Shown: positions 19,945-34,679, counted from the stretch's first letter. The stretch: 64,000 nucleotides of DNA from Paramicrobacterium sp. CJ85 (GCF_051513965.1 NZ_CP195847.1:3052608-3116607), one strand, 5' to 3'. Notes: generated from the sequence alone by a model not told the origin. Translations and numbers: made by a program.

Positions 19945-21372
19945 ATGGCTGACGAGCAACAGGACGTTGCTGGCACCTGGCAGATCGTGCTCGATGCACT
20001 CGCAGAAGATGAACGCATCACTCCGCCGCTGCAGGGTTTTCTGAGCCTCGTCGTTCCCAAAGGGATCATGGGAGGCACGTTCTACCTCGAGGTTCCAAAC
20101 GAATTCACGGCAGGGCAGCTCAATGCACGGATGCGTGCTCCCATCCTCCAGGCCCTCGCCGCCACCATCGAGAAGTCTCATGGCGCATCCACCTACGCGG
20201 TGGTCGTGAACCCGGAGATCATTCAGCAGGAGTACGAATCGTCCTACGGTCGCGACAGCGTCACTCAGCCCCAGCAGTCGTCTGAGAACATTCAGCAGTC
20301 CATGTCCATGAACGAGGCGGTGCTTCCCGCTCGTCAGAATGACACGAGACTCAATGCGAAGTACTCGTTCGACAACTTCGTCATCGGACAGTCGAACCGC
20401 TTCGCACACGCAGCGGCCGTAGCTGTCTCTGAAGCGCCGGCAAAGGCGTACAACCCGCTCTTCATCTACGGTGATTCTGGCCTTGGGAAGACTCACCTCC
20501 TTCACGCCATCGGTCACTACGCGATGAACCTGTATCCAGGAATTCGCGTTCGATACGTCTCGAGTGAGGAGTTCACGAACGATTTCATCAACTCGATCGC
20601 GAACAACCGTGGGCCAGAGTTCCAGGCACGGTATCGCGATATCGACATCCTGCTGATCGATGACATCCAGTTCCTGCAGAACAAGGCCGAGACTCAGGAA
20701 GCGTTCTTCCACACTTTCAACACGCTCCACGACCACAACAAGCAGGTGGTCATCACGAGCGACCTTCCTCCCAAGCATCTGACTGGCTTCGAGGACAGAA
20801 TGCGCTCTCGCTTCGAGTGGGGACTCATCACCGATGTCCAGGTGCCCGACCTCGAGACGAGAATCGCAATTCTTCGCAAGAAGGCCCAGAGCGAGCGGAT
20901 CCAAATCCCCGACGAGGTTCTGGAGTTCATCGCATCCAAGGTCTCGAGCAACATCCGCGAACTCGAGGGAACTCTCATCCGCGTCACCGCATTCGCGAGC
21001 CTTAACCACACGCCCGTCGACATGACGCTCGTCCAGACGGTGCTGAAGGACATCATCACGCTCGACGAAGACAATGTCATCTCGCCCGTCGACATCATCA
21101 ACACCACGGCTGCCTACTTCAAGCTCACCGTGGACGATCTCTACGGTTCCAGTCGTTCTCAGGCCATCGCCACCGCACGCCAGATCGCGATGTATCTCTG
21201 CCGCGAGCTCACGAACCTCTCCCTCCCCAAGATCGGACAGCTCTTCGGCAATCGCGACCACACGACTGTGATGTACGCGAACAAGAAGATCGGAGACCTC
21301 ATGCAGGAGCGCCGCTCGATCTACAACCAGGTCACCGAGCTCACGAGCCGAATCAAACAGGGAAATCGCTGA
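19945..21372 (+). CDS. dnaA: Chromosomal replication initiator DnaA
   Basis: AAA+ Walker [16 protein letters not shown], sensor regions and C-terminal DNA-binding domain. Start trimmed to ATG 19945 (MADEQQDV...) because the track ORF starts inside DnaA boxes. Confidence 0.9.
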   Translation: MADEQQDVAGTWQIVLDALAEDERITPPLQGFLSLVVPKGIMGGTFYLEVPNEFTAGQLNARMRAPILQALAATIEKSHGASTYAVVVNPEIIQQEYESSYGRDSVTQPQQSSENIQQSMSMNEAVLPARQNDTRLNAKYSFDNFVIGQSNRFAHAAAVAVSEAPAKAYNPLFIYGDSGLGKTHLLHAIGHYAMNLYPGIRVRYVSSEEFTNDFINSIANNRGPEFQARYRDIDILLIDDIQFLQNKAETQEAFFHTFNTLHDHNKQVVITSDLPPKHLTGFEDRMRSRFEWGLITDVQVPDLETRIAILRKKAQSERIQIPDEVLEFIASKVSSNIRELEGTLIRVTAFASLNHTPVDMTLVQTVLKDIITLDEDNVISPVDIINTTAAYFKLTVDDLYGSSRSQAIATARQIAMYLCRELTNLSLPKIGQLFGNRDHTTVMYANKKIGDLMQERRSIYNQVTELTSRIKQGNR

Positions 21373-21394
21373 TCTCACTGGACTTTTGTAAGCC

Positions 21395-21640
21395 CCTGTG
21401 GATAACTTGTGGAAAAGATCCGGAAAACTCGCCTCAATTTGGGGACATCTCGGCTCTGCCTGTGAATGGACGCACTCAACCGCGATCGGCTCACATCCGT
21501 GTAATTACGGGGATCCCACACAGCATCAACAACTCACACACGTGTAGTTCCCGCTAAACTACCGGCGTGTCGAGACTTATCCACAGTTTCCACAACGGTT
21601 AACGCGATTAAAAGATCTCTTAACCAGAAACACGCGAGGC
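21395..21640. promoter_or_regulatory. oriC: oriC part 2: DnaA boxes plus AT-rich DNA unwinding element in the dnaA-dnaN intergenic region
   Basis: TGTGGATAA 21397-405; TGTGGAAAA 21407-15; perfect TTATCCACA 21577-85; GTTTCCACA 21586-94; AT-rich stretch GGTTAACGCGATTAAAAGATCTCTTAACCAGAAAC at 21596-21630. Confidence 0.75.
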
Positions 21641-21746
21641 AACCTTCGCCTTGCGGCGGTCGAATCAGCGAATGACAAGAATTCTTGGCATCCAGTGGGG
21701 CTAGCATGGTTCCCGACTTGTTCGTCAGAATCGACAGGGGTACCAC

Positions 21747-22895
21747 GTGCGTTTCAGCGTCAATCGCGATGTCTTGAGCGAAGCCGTTTCATTTGCCGTC
21801 AAGCTGCTCCCGCAGCGCACCACACTGCCGATCCTCAGCGGCGTGCTCATCGAGACCACGGACTCCGGTCTCAGGCTCTCGAGCTTCGACTACGAAGTGT
21901 CATCTCAGACAGAGATCGACGCCGAAGTCGAAGAGCCGGGAACGATCCTGGTCTCGGGCCGGCTGCTCGCTGACATCGCGAGTCGGCTTCCGAACGCGCC
22001 AGTGAACTTCACCACCGACGACAACAAGATCCTCGTCACGTGCGGTTCAGCAAATTTCACATTGCTGTCGATGCCTGTCGAGGAGTACCCAACGGTTCCG
22101 CAAGTCGAAGGCGCCACAGGTCTGGTGCCGGGCGAGGAGTTCGCCACGGCTGTCGCGCAGGTCGCTGTCGCGGCATCCCGCGATGATGTCACCCCCGTCA
22201 TCACGGGCGTTCAGCTCGAAGTCGGAGACAACAGCCTCGGTCTCGTTGCCACAGACCGGTATCGTGTCGCGGTCCGACAGATCGACTGGGACGGCAGCGA
22301 CATCACGACTGACGAACAGCTTTCCGCGCTCGTTCCGGCGCGAACCCTTCAGGAAGTCGGCAAGACGTTCGGGCACAGCGGAAACATCTCGATCTCGTTC
22401 GCGAACAAGGACGATCGCGAGCTTGTCTCGTTCTCCGTGGACCGCAAGACAGTCACGTCGCTGCTCATCAAGGGCTCATTCCCGCCGGTCCGTCGCTTGT
22501 TCCCTGAGAACGTCGAGAACTACGCCGTCATCAACACGGGTGAACTGATCGAAGCTGTTCGTCGTGTTTCGCTCGTCCTCGAGCGTGAGGCGGCCCTCCG
22601 TTTCTCATTCAGCATCGACGGGCTCACCATGGAAGCCATCGGATCCGAGCAGGCTCAGGCCTCCGAATCCGTCGACGCGCTGCTCACGGGCGACGACATC
22701 GTGCTCTCGCTCAAGCCGTCGTTCCTGATCGACGGACTCAACGCGGTACGCAGCGAGTTCGTACGGTTCTCCTTCACGAAGTCGGAGAACACCAACAAGC
22801 CGGGCCCCATGCTCATCACGAGCCAGTCTTCGAAGGACCAGCCCGGGGCAGACAGCTACAAGTACCTGCTGCAGCCGAACCTGCTGCTCAGGTGA
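21747..22895 (+). CDS. dnaN: DNA polymerase III beta sliding clamp
   Basis: Three-domain beta-clamp, 382 aa, GTG start. Canonical position after dnaA. Confidence 0.9.
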   Translation: MRFSVNRDVLSEAVSFAVKLLPQRTTLPILSGVLIETTDSGLRLSSFDYEVSSQTEIDAEVEEPGTILVSGRLLADIASRLPNAPVNFTTDDNKILVTCGSANFTLLSMPVEEYPTVPQVEGATGLVPGEEFATAVAQVAVAASRDDVTPVITGVQLEVGDNSLGLVATDRYRVAVRQIDWDGSDITTDEQLSALVPARTLQEVGKTFGHSGNISISFANKDDRELVSFSVDRKTVTSLLIKGSFPPVRRLFPENVENYAVINTGELIEAVRRVSLVLEREAALRFSFSIDGLTMEAIGSEQAQASESVDALLTGDDIVLSLKPSFLIDGLNAVRSEFVRFSFTKSENTNKPGPMLITSQSSKDQPGADSYKYLLQPNLLLR

Positions 22896-22927
22896 TCACA
22901 GCCCGCACGGGCGAGGAAGGCGGAGTC

Positions 22928-23818
22928 ATGCATATCGGTCTCATCGGACTCGGACGCATGGGCGGAAACATGCGCTCACGACTGCGGAATGCCGGCATCG
23001 AGGTAACGGGCTACGACCCGAACCCGGATGTGACCGACGTCGCGAGTGTCGACGACATGATCGCCGCACTTCCCGCTCCTCGCACTGTCTGGGTGATGGT
23101 TCCTGCTGGAAAGATCACCGACTCGGTCATCGACGAGCTCGCTGAGAAGCTCGAGCCGGGGGATCTCGTGATCGACGGCGGAAACAGCAAGTTCACGGAT
23201 GACTTCCGTCACAACGAGACTCTCTCTGCGCGCGGAATCGATTACGTCGATGCCGGAGTATCCGGTGGAGTCTGGGGTCTCGAGAACGGCTATGGCCTGA
23301 TGGTCGGTGGACCGACCGAGCAGGTCGAACGCGTGATGCCCGTCTTCGATGCGCTTCGGCCTGAGGGCCCGCGCGATGAGGGCTTCGTCCACGCCGGAGA
23401 GGTGGGTGCGGGTCATTACGCGAAGATGGTGCACAACGGTATCGAATACGCGCTGATGCAGGCATACGCCGAGGGCTTCGAACTGCTCGAGAAGCGTTCC
23501 GACCTGCTGAAGGATGTTCCCGGAACGTTCAAAGCTTGGCAGCGAGGAACCGTCGTGCGTTCATGGCTGCTCGAGCTGCTCGTGCGCGCGCTCGACGAAG
23601 ATGACGACCTGTCGGAAATCGAGGGTTACGTCGAGGACTCCGGCGAAGGTCGGTGGACCATCGAGGAGGCGATCCGCAACGCGGTTCCGGTTCCCACGAT
23701 CTCGGCGTCGATCTTCGCGCGATTCGTCTCGCGGCAGGAGGACTCGCCGGCGATGAAGGCGGTTGCGGCGCTGCGCCATCAGTTCGGCGGACACGAGGTG
23801 AAGCCGTCCGACGACTGA
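22928..23818 (+). CDS. gnd: 6-phosphogluconate dehydrogenase, decarboxylating (short two-domain form)
   Basis: NAD(P)-binding GLIGLGRMGGNM motif. ATG 22928 with GAGGAAGG RBS. A dnaN-gnd-recF order is seen in Streptomyces-type origins (recalled, not searched). Confidence 0.8.
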   Translation: MHIGLIGLGRMGGNMRSRLRNAGIEVTGYDPNPDVTDVASVDDMIAALPAPRTVWVMVPAGKITDSVIDELAEKLEPGDLVIDGGNSKFTDDFRHNETLSARGIDYVDAGVSGGVWGLENGYGLMVGGPTEQVERVMPVFDALRPEGPRDEGFVHAGEVGAGHYAKMVHNGIEYALMQAYAEGFELLEKRSDLLKDVPGTFKAWQRGTVVRSWLLELLVRALDEDDDLSEIEGYVEDSGEGRWTIEEAIRNAVPVPTISASIFARFVSRQEDSPAMKAVAALRHQFGGHEVKPSDD

Positions 23819-23868
23819 CGGCATCCTCAACCTCTGCTCTGAGGTAGCCGTCACCGGCACCGCCTACG

Positions 23869-25035
23869 ATGGTGGGCGTGATCGTCACGCACCTGAACCT
23901 CAGCGACTTCCGCAATTACGCGACCGCTGACGTCGCTCTGCAACCCGGTGCGAATCTGTTCGTGGGCCGCAACGGCCAGGGCAAGACGAACCTCGTTGAA
24001 TCACTCGGCTACCTCTCAACACTCGGGTCGCATCGAGTGTCGAGTGACAAAGCACTGATCAGGGCCGGAATGGATGCCGCGATCATTCGCGCCAAGCTGC
24101 ACCACGCCGGCCGTGACATGCTCGTCGAGGTTCAGATCAATCGATCGAGCCCGAATCGGGCGCAGGTGAATCGTGGCGCAATCAAGCCGCGAGAACTGCC
24201 GCGGTACTTCTCGAGCGTGCTCTTCGCACCCGAAGATCTCGGCATCGTCCGCGGCGACCCGGGGTCGCGACGTCGGTTCCTCGACGAACTGCTCGTGCTG
24301 CGCTCACCTCGTCTCGCAGGAGTGCTCGCCGATTATGATCGCACTCTCAAACAGCGGAACACTCTGCTGAAGTCGGCTCGCTCATCCGGTTTGAAGGAAG
24401 CCCAGCTCAGCACTCTCGAGGTCTGGAACGACAAGCTGGTCAGCCTCGGCTCGATCATCATCGATGAGCGCGTCGCTCTTGTCGACGCTCTGCGGCAACC
24501 TCTCGCCGAGGCCTACGCACAGGTCGTCGATGATGATCACAGTCCGGGCCTCGAGCCGCGGCTCTCCATCTGGGGGGCGGACGCCGAAGACGAGAATTCG
24601 GATGCGGGTGAGCGACGCGCGGCATCCGATCAGACCCCTACGACAGAGCGCTTCATGGAGGCACTCGAGAGCAAGCGCAAGCAGGAGCTCGAGCGTGGAC
24701 TCACTCTTGTGGGCCCGCACCGAGACGATGTGCTGTTCATGCTGAACGACCTCCCGGTGAAGGGGTACGCGAGCCACGGGGAATCGTGGTCATTCGCGCT
24801 GGCGCTGAAACTTGCCTCCGCTCAGCTGCTGCGGCGTGACTCGTATTCCGGGGACCCGGTGCTCATTCTCGACGATGTGTTCGCCGAGCTCGACCGTGGG
24901 CGTCGCGCGCGCCTTGCTGAGGCGGTGCAGGATTTCGAACAGGTGCTCATCACTGCGGCGGTCTTCGAAGACATTCCGGAGGAGCTCACCGCTCACACCG
25001 TGACAATTCGGGCGGGGGAGATCGTGGATGCCTGA
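23869..25035 (+). CDS. recF: DNA replication and repair protein RecF
   Basis: SMC-like ATPase with Walker A GRNGQGKTN and signature/Walker B (LILDDVFAELD). Confidence 0.9.
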   Translation: MVGVIVTHLNLSDFRNYATADVALQPGANLFVGRNGQGKTNLVESLGYLSTLGSHRVSSDKALIRAGMDAAIIRAKLHHAGRDMLVEVQINRSSPNRAQVNRGAIKPRELPRYFSSVLFAPEDLGIVRGDPGSRRRFLDELLVLRSPRLAGVLADYDRTLKQRNTLLKSARSSGLKEAQLSTLEVWNDKLVSLGSIIIDERVALVDALRQPLAEAYAQVVDDDHSPGLEPRLSIWGADAEDENSDAGERRAASDQTPTTERFMEALESKRKQELERGLTLVGPHRDDVLFMLNDLPVKGYASHGESWSFALALKLASAQLLRRDSYSGDPVLILDDVFAELDRGRRARLAEAVQDFEQVLITAAVFEDIPEELTAHTVTIRAGEIVDA

Positions 25036-25522
25036 GGATAGCTACGACACTGAGAGCTCACGGGTCTACGAGCGTTTCAAGGAGATCTTCGGCGGTCGAA
25101 AACGGGCTCCCGGCCGACGGCGGCGGCGTGGGCGCGACGATGGCGCAAGTGTTCCGTTCGGAAAAGGGCGTGATCCCAAGGGGATCGACGACGTCATGAA
25201 CAGTCTGACGACGCAGCTCGGGTGGGAGTCCCCGCTGGCGCAGTCGGAACTCATCGTGAAGTGGGCGCAGATCGCGGGGGAGAGCACCGCCGCACACTCC
25301 GAGCCCATCGGAATTGAGGCTGGAGTGCTGACTGTGCGGTGTGATTCGACGGCCTGGGCGACGCAGCTTCGGCTGATGCGAGTGGACATCATGAACCGGA
25401 TCTCGGTCAGCTTTCCGGACGCGGGCATCGAAAGCATCCGTTTTCAGGGCCCCAACGTCCCGTCCTTCAAACGTGGCCCCAGATCGGTTCAGGGCCGCGG
25501 TGTGCGCGATACCTATGGATAA
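25028..25522 (+). CDS. DUF721-domain protein (DciA-like, Rv0004 equivalent)
   Basis: 164-aa basic protein overlapping the recF stop (ATGCCTGA). Conserved recF-DUF721-gyrB synteny. Confidence 0.75.
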   Translation: MPEDSYDTESSRVYERFKEIFGGRKRAPGRRRRRGRDDGASVPFGKGRDPKGIDDVMNSLTTQLGWESPLAQSELIVKWAQIAGESTAAHSEPIGIEAGVLTVRCDSTAWATQLRLMRVDIMNRISVSFPDAGIESIRFQGPNVPSFKRGPRSVQGRGVRDTYG

Positions 25523-25606
25523 GTAGACAAATCTGATGCCAGTTTGCGAGAAAGTGGCTCAAACGGCCGTTTACGGCCTCACGCCCAGACGAATTTGATA
25601 GACTGA

Positions 25607-30299
<4,693 letters not shown>

Positions 30300-30301
30300 G
30301 A

Positions 30302-30706
30302 ATGACAAGCGTTGCCGACAAACTGGCTAAGAAGTCAGCGCGAAAGCCGTCGAGTAAGCAGGTTCGCCTCAAGCTCGTCTACATTGACTTCTGGTCGGCA
30401 CTGAAGCTGTCGTTCCTCCTCGCGATCGCCGTGGCGATCATCACGGTCGTCTTCTTCTTCCTGGTGTTCACGGTTCTGGACGCTACGGGCGTCTTCGATC
30501 AGGTCTCGAGCCTCTACAAAGAGGTGACGGGCGTGAAGGAAGGCCTCGAGAGTGTCATCGGGCTCGGACGTGTGATGGGCTTCGCGCTGATCGTCGCGAT
30601 TCTGAACCTCGTCGTGTTCACTGTGCTGGGAGCTCTCAGCGCTGCGCTGTACAATCTCGCGGTGAAGATCACGGGTGGTCTTCTCGTCGGATTCACGAAC
30701 AACTGA
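30302..30706 (+). CDS. DUF3566-domain transmembrane protein (Rv0007-like)
   Basis: Lys-rich N-terminus followed by two TM helices. Conserved position after gyrA. Confidence 0.75.
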   Translation: MTSVADKLAKKSARKPSSKQVRLKLVYIDFWSALKLSFLLAIAVAIITVVFFFLVFTVLDATGVFDQVSSLYKEVTGVKEGLESVIGLGRVMGFALIVAILNLVVFTVLGALSAALYNLAVKITGGLLVGFTNN

Positions 30707-30788
30707 TCCGACGCAGCTGATTTTTCTGGCCGACGGTTCGATTGGGATTTAACGGCAGTTTCCGGTAATCTCGAACCTGGTCAAAAAC

Positions 30789-30862
30789 GGGGCTATAGCT
30801 CAGGCGGTTAGAGCGCTTCGCTGATAACGAAGAGGTCCCAGGTTCAAGTCCTGGTAGCCCCA
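30789..30862 (+). tRNA. tRNA-Ile (anticodon GAT)
   Basis: 74-nt cloverleaf GGGGCTATAGCTCAGGCGGTTAGAGCGCTTCGCTGATAACGAAGAGGTCCCAGGTTCAAGTCCTGGTAGCCCCA. Confidence 0.9.
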
Positions 30863-30898
30863 CTCCTGGAGTTCATCGTAAGATGTTGTTCCACTTTC

Positions 30899-30971
30899 GG
30901 GGCCTTAGCTCAATTGGTAGAGCGCCTGCTTTGCAAGCAGGAGGTCAGGGGTTCGATTCCCCTAGGCTCCA
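30899..30971 (+). tRNA. tRNA-Ala (anticodon TGC)
   Basis: 73-nt cloverleaf GGGGCCTTAGCTCAATTGGTAGAGCGCCTGCTTTGCAAGCAGGAGGTCAGGGGTTCGATTCCCCTAGGCTCCA. Includes the G3:U70 identity pair. Confidence 0.9.
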
Positions 30972-30987
30972 CACTGTGTTGAGACAG

Positions 30988-31022
30988 TTCGCGAATGCCC
31001 TGCCGTGTGCGGGGCATTCGCG
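30988..31022 (+). terminator. Intrinsic terminator after the tRNA pair
   Basis: GCGAATGCCC..GGGCATTCGC stem followed by GTTTTCTGT. Confidence 0.6.
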
Positions 31023-31161
31023 TTTTCTGTCGAGTGAACCGGACGCACGTACGGATCGATCACTTCGTCAAGCATGAGGGCGAATCGTCGCGACTGGCGT
31101 TGACGTCCGACGAGGAGATGCGGGCTGTGTGGAAGTCCGTGAGTCAACTCACACGCGGAAG

Positions 31162-31170
31162 TTGTCCACA
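31162..31170. promoter_or_regulatory. Isolated perfect DnaA box TTGTCCACA upstream of the flotillin gene
   Basis: Exact 9-mer about 75 bp upstream of the ATG. Confidence 0.4.
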
Positions 31171-31244
31171 ACTCAGCGCGGAGACTATGCAGAGCACCCT
31201 GATTCCCGACATGATTGGGAGTACCTACTGTCAGGGGAGTACAC

Positions 31245-32756
31245 ATGGAGTTGGCTATCGCAGGCGGCGCGCTGATCTTGGTCGGCATCATCGTCGTCGT
31301 CCTCATCGTCGCGCTGATCATCGGACTCATCATTGCGAAGATGTGGATCAAGGTCGCACGTTCGGACGAAGCGCTCGTCGTCTCCGGCAAGTCGAAGAAG
31401 AGCAAAGACGAGTCCTCATTGGCCGTCATCGTCAACGGCAAGGCACTCGTCAACCCGCTGACACAACGTCACGAGATCATCTCGCTCCGCTCCCGACAGG
31501 TGCTGATGCAGGCCGAGGCGCAGTCGTATGACGGAGTGACCCTCTCGGTCGAAGCCGTTGCCATGGTGAAGATCGGCTCCTCAAAGGTACTCGTTCAGCG
31601 CGCAGCCGAGCGTTTCGCATCTCAGGACAAGGCGATCGAGCAGTTCACAACGGAACAGCTTGAGGGTGCTCTTCGCGGCATCGTCGCCACCCTCGCAGTC
31701 GTGAGCCTCATGCGAGACCGGAAGAAGTTCTCCGACCAGATCGCCATGGACGTCTCCGGAGAGCTTGCAGACCAGGGTCTCATTCTGGATTCCTTCCAGA
31801 TCAAGGGCATCACCGACGACCTCGGCTACATCGCCTCCCTCGGCGCCCCTGAAGTGCAGGCGAAGCGTCAGGCCGCCGAGATCGCCGCGACCAACGCAGA
31901 GCGCGCGATTCGACAGCAGCAGATCCGAAACGACGAGGCGAACCTCGTCGAGCAGACCGCATACGACAAGAACGAAGCTGACTCGAAGGCCCAGATCGGT
32001 CAGGCGAATGCTCGTGCTGAGCAGGCAGAGGCTCTCGCACGTGTACAGGCCCGACAGGATGTCCTTCAGCAAGAGGCGGAGAACAAGCAGGCACAGCTGG
32101 ATGCCGACATCAAACGCGTCGCCGATGCCAACAAGTACGAGCAGGAACGCGCTGCAGACGCCAAGGCGTACTCGCAGGTGAAGGCGGCAGAGGCCGAGGT
32201 CAGGATCGCCCAGAGTGAGGCTGAGGCCATCAAGGAGCGCGCAAGCGCAGAAGCTGAATCAGTGCGACTGGCCGGTGAAGCGAAGGCAGACGCCATTCGC
32301 GCCGAAGCCGCTGCGCTCCAGGAGAACCTCGAGGGCGTCATCGCTCAACGTGCGATCGACATCCTGCCGGATCTCATGGAGAGATTCGCTCAGGGATACT
32401 CGCGTATCGGAACGATCAGCATCATCGGCTCAGGCGCAGACGATTCGCCGGCCGGAAGCCAGTTCTCCGGAGAATCGGCCGTCGCTATGCGCGGAGTCTT
32501 CGAGTCCGTCAAGGAAGCCACGGGCGTGGACATCGCAGAGCTCATTCAGGGTCGCGTCACCGGAACCGCAATCGGTGAGGGCATTCGAGGTAATGGAGAT
32601 TCGTCAACGGCCGAGAGTGGTCAGGCGCGCCATGCAGCAGGTGAGAGCGAGACAGGTAGCACTACGGGGAGACCATCGGGGCAGGCGGACGCCAACGCCA
32701 GCGACTCGAACGCGGGCACGAGCGATGCCGGAGACTCGGCCGCTTCTCAGAGCTGA
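31245..32756 (+). CDS. Flotillin-like SPFH/band-7 protein
   Basis: N-terminal TM, SPFH domain, long Ala/Glu/Gln-rich coiled coil and flotillin C-terminal region. ATG 31245 with GGGGAG RBS. Confidence 0.8.
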   Translation: MELAIAGGALILVGIIVVVLIVALIIGLIIAKMWIKVARSDEALVVSGKSKKSKDESSLAVIVNGKALVNPLTQRHEIISLRSRQVLMQAEAQSYDGVTLSVEAVAMVKIGSSKVLVQRAAERFASQDKAIEQFTTEQLEGALRGIVATLAVVSLMRDRKKFSDQIAMDVSGELADQGLILDSFQIKGITDDLGYIASLGAPEVQAKRQAAEIAATNAERAIRQQQIRNDEANLVEQTAYDKNEADSKAQIGQANARAEQAEALARVQARQDVLQQEAENKQAQLDADIKRVADANKYEQERAADAKAYSQVKAAEAEVRIAQSEAEAIKERASAEAESVRLAGEAKADAIRAEAAALQENLEGVIAQRAIDILPDLMERFAQGYSRIGTISIIGSGADDSPAGSQFSGESAVAMRGVFESVKEATGVDIAELIQGRVTGTAIGEGIRGNGDSSTAESGQARHAAGESETGSTTGRPSGQADANASDSNAGTSDAGDSAASQS

Positions 32757-32792
32757 TATCGCGGCATCCGTCTACACTCTCGATCCGAGAGG

Positions 32793-33428
32793 CTACCCCT
32801 TGGTGTCGCTGTCTTCGAGCGGGATCTCCGGGAGAAGAGAGAAGATCGCATGACTGAGGCGACGCCCCGGTGCGGGTTCGTTTCGCCACCCCGTCTTCAC
32901 GAGTTCAAGCTCAGCGCGCTGAAGAGCCTGTGCGAAGTGGCTCGCCTCGTCGTCGGTCAGCCAGAGAGTGGATTCCCCGAGTCCCACGTACGGCGAACCG
33001 CCGTCAGGATATGCGGTGGAGTGGGCAGCAGCTCGCTTCCGAAGATCACTGAGTGCAAGACTCATGAACGCGTCGAGCGTCTCCCAGACGCCCTCCGAGT
33101 CACTTCCGTGTAAGGCGATCGAGGTGCCGGCCGCACGCCACGGCCGAGTGCGCGAATCGCCCTCGGCATCCACACGCTCCACGAGTCCCACCTTCTCCAG
33201 TGCGCGCAAGTGATAGCTCATTGCGCTCGGTGTGAGCCCCGTCAATTCCGAGAGCTCGGTTGATGTGTGCGGCTGCTGATCGGCGAACATCAGATTCACG
33301 ACGCGCTGCCGCGCGGGATGGGACATGACACGCATCGCTTCGGCATCCCTGAGATGAATGGGCCGGTCTGGAATGCCGAGGGCGTCAGACAGCTGTTTGT
33401 CGATGCTTTCGTCGCGCTGCATGCCCAC
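32793..33428 (-). CDS. ArsR-family winged-HTH transcriptional regulator with a C-terminal extension
   Basis: ArsR HTH region (STELSELTGLTPSAMSYHLRALEKVGLVER). Confidence 0.7.
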   Translation of the reverse strand: MGMQRDESIDKQLSDALGIPDRPIHLRDAEAMRVMSHPARQRVVNLMFADQQPHTSTELSELTGLTPSAMSYHLRALEKVGLVERVDAEGDSRTRPWRAAGTSIALHGSDSEGVWETLDAFMSLALSDLRKRAAAHSTAYPDGGSPYVGLGESTLWLTDDEASHFAQALQRAELELVKTGWRNEPAPGRRLSHAIFSLLPEIPLEDSDTKG

Positions 33429-33511
33429 AGTCTACGCAATTTATGAAAATATCCTTTGACATCTCAAACGTGAAACATATACTTCAAGTATCTGAAGTGT
33501 CTTTTTCATAA

Positions 33512-33835
33512 ATGGCGGTGGCGGAGATGGACAACGTGACGAGCGTGTTGATGGGGCGCGTCGAGCTGGAGCGCACTCTTCGGGAGGGGCCGAAGACGGC
33601 GATCGGAACTCCTGAGTTCGAGAAATGGGCTGCGGCCCGGCGTGCAGTCGATGAAGCTGCGCTGCAGAGGAAGGTTCAGCGGCTGGAGCGGCGACGCGAG
33701 AAGCTCTCAGAACGTCGGGTGAGGAGGTTGGCGCGTCGCCGGGAGAGGCTCGTGCGGCGTGTTTCTGCTCTGGATCTGAAGCTCAGCCCGGCACACAGCA
33801 TCACGGCAGAGCCTGCCTGTGCGGTGGGAGGCTGA
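33512..33835 (+). CDS. hypothetical Arg-rich small protein (107 aa)
   Basis: ORF divergent from arsR. Its start codon sits inside the TTTTCATAAA half of an inverted repeat. Coding status is uncertain. Confidence 0.3.
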   Translation: MAVAEMDNVTSVLMGRVELERTLREGPKTAIGTPEFEKWAAARRAVDEAALQRKVQRLERRREKLSERRVRRLARRRERLVRRVSALDLKLSPAHSITAEPACAVGG

Positions 33836-33854
33836 CTCGCTGCTGTTCGCCGGT

Positions 33855-34679
33855 TCAGGCGGTCACGGTTGTGACGGCATCCTGCCCCTGATTCGATCGA
33901 ACAGCACGTGCACTCCACCGACCGTCTGCGCGGTGAACGCGGATCGGGTGATCGAATGCGAGAGAGATCGTCTCGGTTGTGATGACGTCGTCCGCCGAGC
34001 CCGACGCGACGACGGCACCCCGTGAGACAACAAGTGCGTGAGTCGTCGAGACGGGCAGCTCCTCCAGGTGATGGGTGACGAGAATCGTCGTGACATCGGG
34101 CGAGGAGACGGCAAGGTCGTCGATGGTCTCGAGCAACTGCTCGCGTGCGGCAACATCGAGTCCCGTGGTCGGCTCATCGAGGAGCAGCAGCCGCGGCTGA
34201 GCGACCAGCGCTCGTGCGATCAGCGCACGTCCGCGCTCTCCCTGAGAGAGAGTCGGCCACAGTGCGTCTCGTCGGCTTGCCAGCCCCACCTGCTCGATGA
34301 GACCCTCGGCGAGACGCAGCTCGTCAACAGAGGGAGCCCAACGCATGGCGATCTCAATGGTTCCGGTCAGACCCGTGAGCACGACATCGAGCACGGAGAT
34401 CGCCGATCGAACAGGATGCCGCGGATCGACGTGCCCGATGTGACGACGGAGTTCCTGCATATCGACCCGACCCAGCTGCTCGCCGAGAACGCGCACCGTC
34501 CCGGAGGTCGGGTGAGTCCGTGCGCCGCAGAAGCCGAGGATCGTGCTCTTGCCTGCGCCATTCGGCCCGAGCAGCGCCCAGTGCTCTCCGGCACCCGCGG
34601 TGAACGAAACGTCCGTGAGAATCGGATTGCCGTTTCGCGTGAAAGATACCTCGTGCAGATCGACGACGGCAGCACTCAT
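33855..34679 (-). CDS. ABC transporter ATP-binding protein (no cognate permease in the vicinity)
   Basis: Walker A GPNGAGKST, signature LSQGERGR, Walker B LLLLDEPTTGLD and H-loop VTHHLEE. Confidence 0.85.
   Translation of the reverse strand: MSAAVVDLHEVSFTRNGNPILTDVSFTAGAGEHWALLGPNGAGKSTILGFCGARTHPTSGTVRVLGEQLGRVDMQELRRHIGHVDPRHPVRSAISVLDVVLTGLTGTIEIAMRWAPSVDELRLAEGLIEQVGLASRRDALWPTLSQGERGRALIARALVAQPRLLLLDEPTTGLDVAAREQLLETIDDLAVSSPDVTTILVTHHLEELPVSTTHALVVSRGAVVASGSADDVITTETISLAFDHPIRVHRADGRWSARAVRSNQGQDAVTTVTA

Noticed and set aside
19846-21378. 510-aa minus-strand ORF antisense to dnaA
   Set aside because: Mirror-strand artefact of dnaA: no motifs and a charged low-complexity sequence.
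33462-33477. parS-like sequence tctcAAACGTGAAACA
   Set aside because: Only 12/16 match, with the left half-site degenerate. Probably coincidental within an AT-rich operator region.
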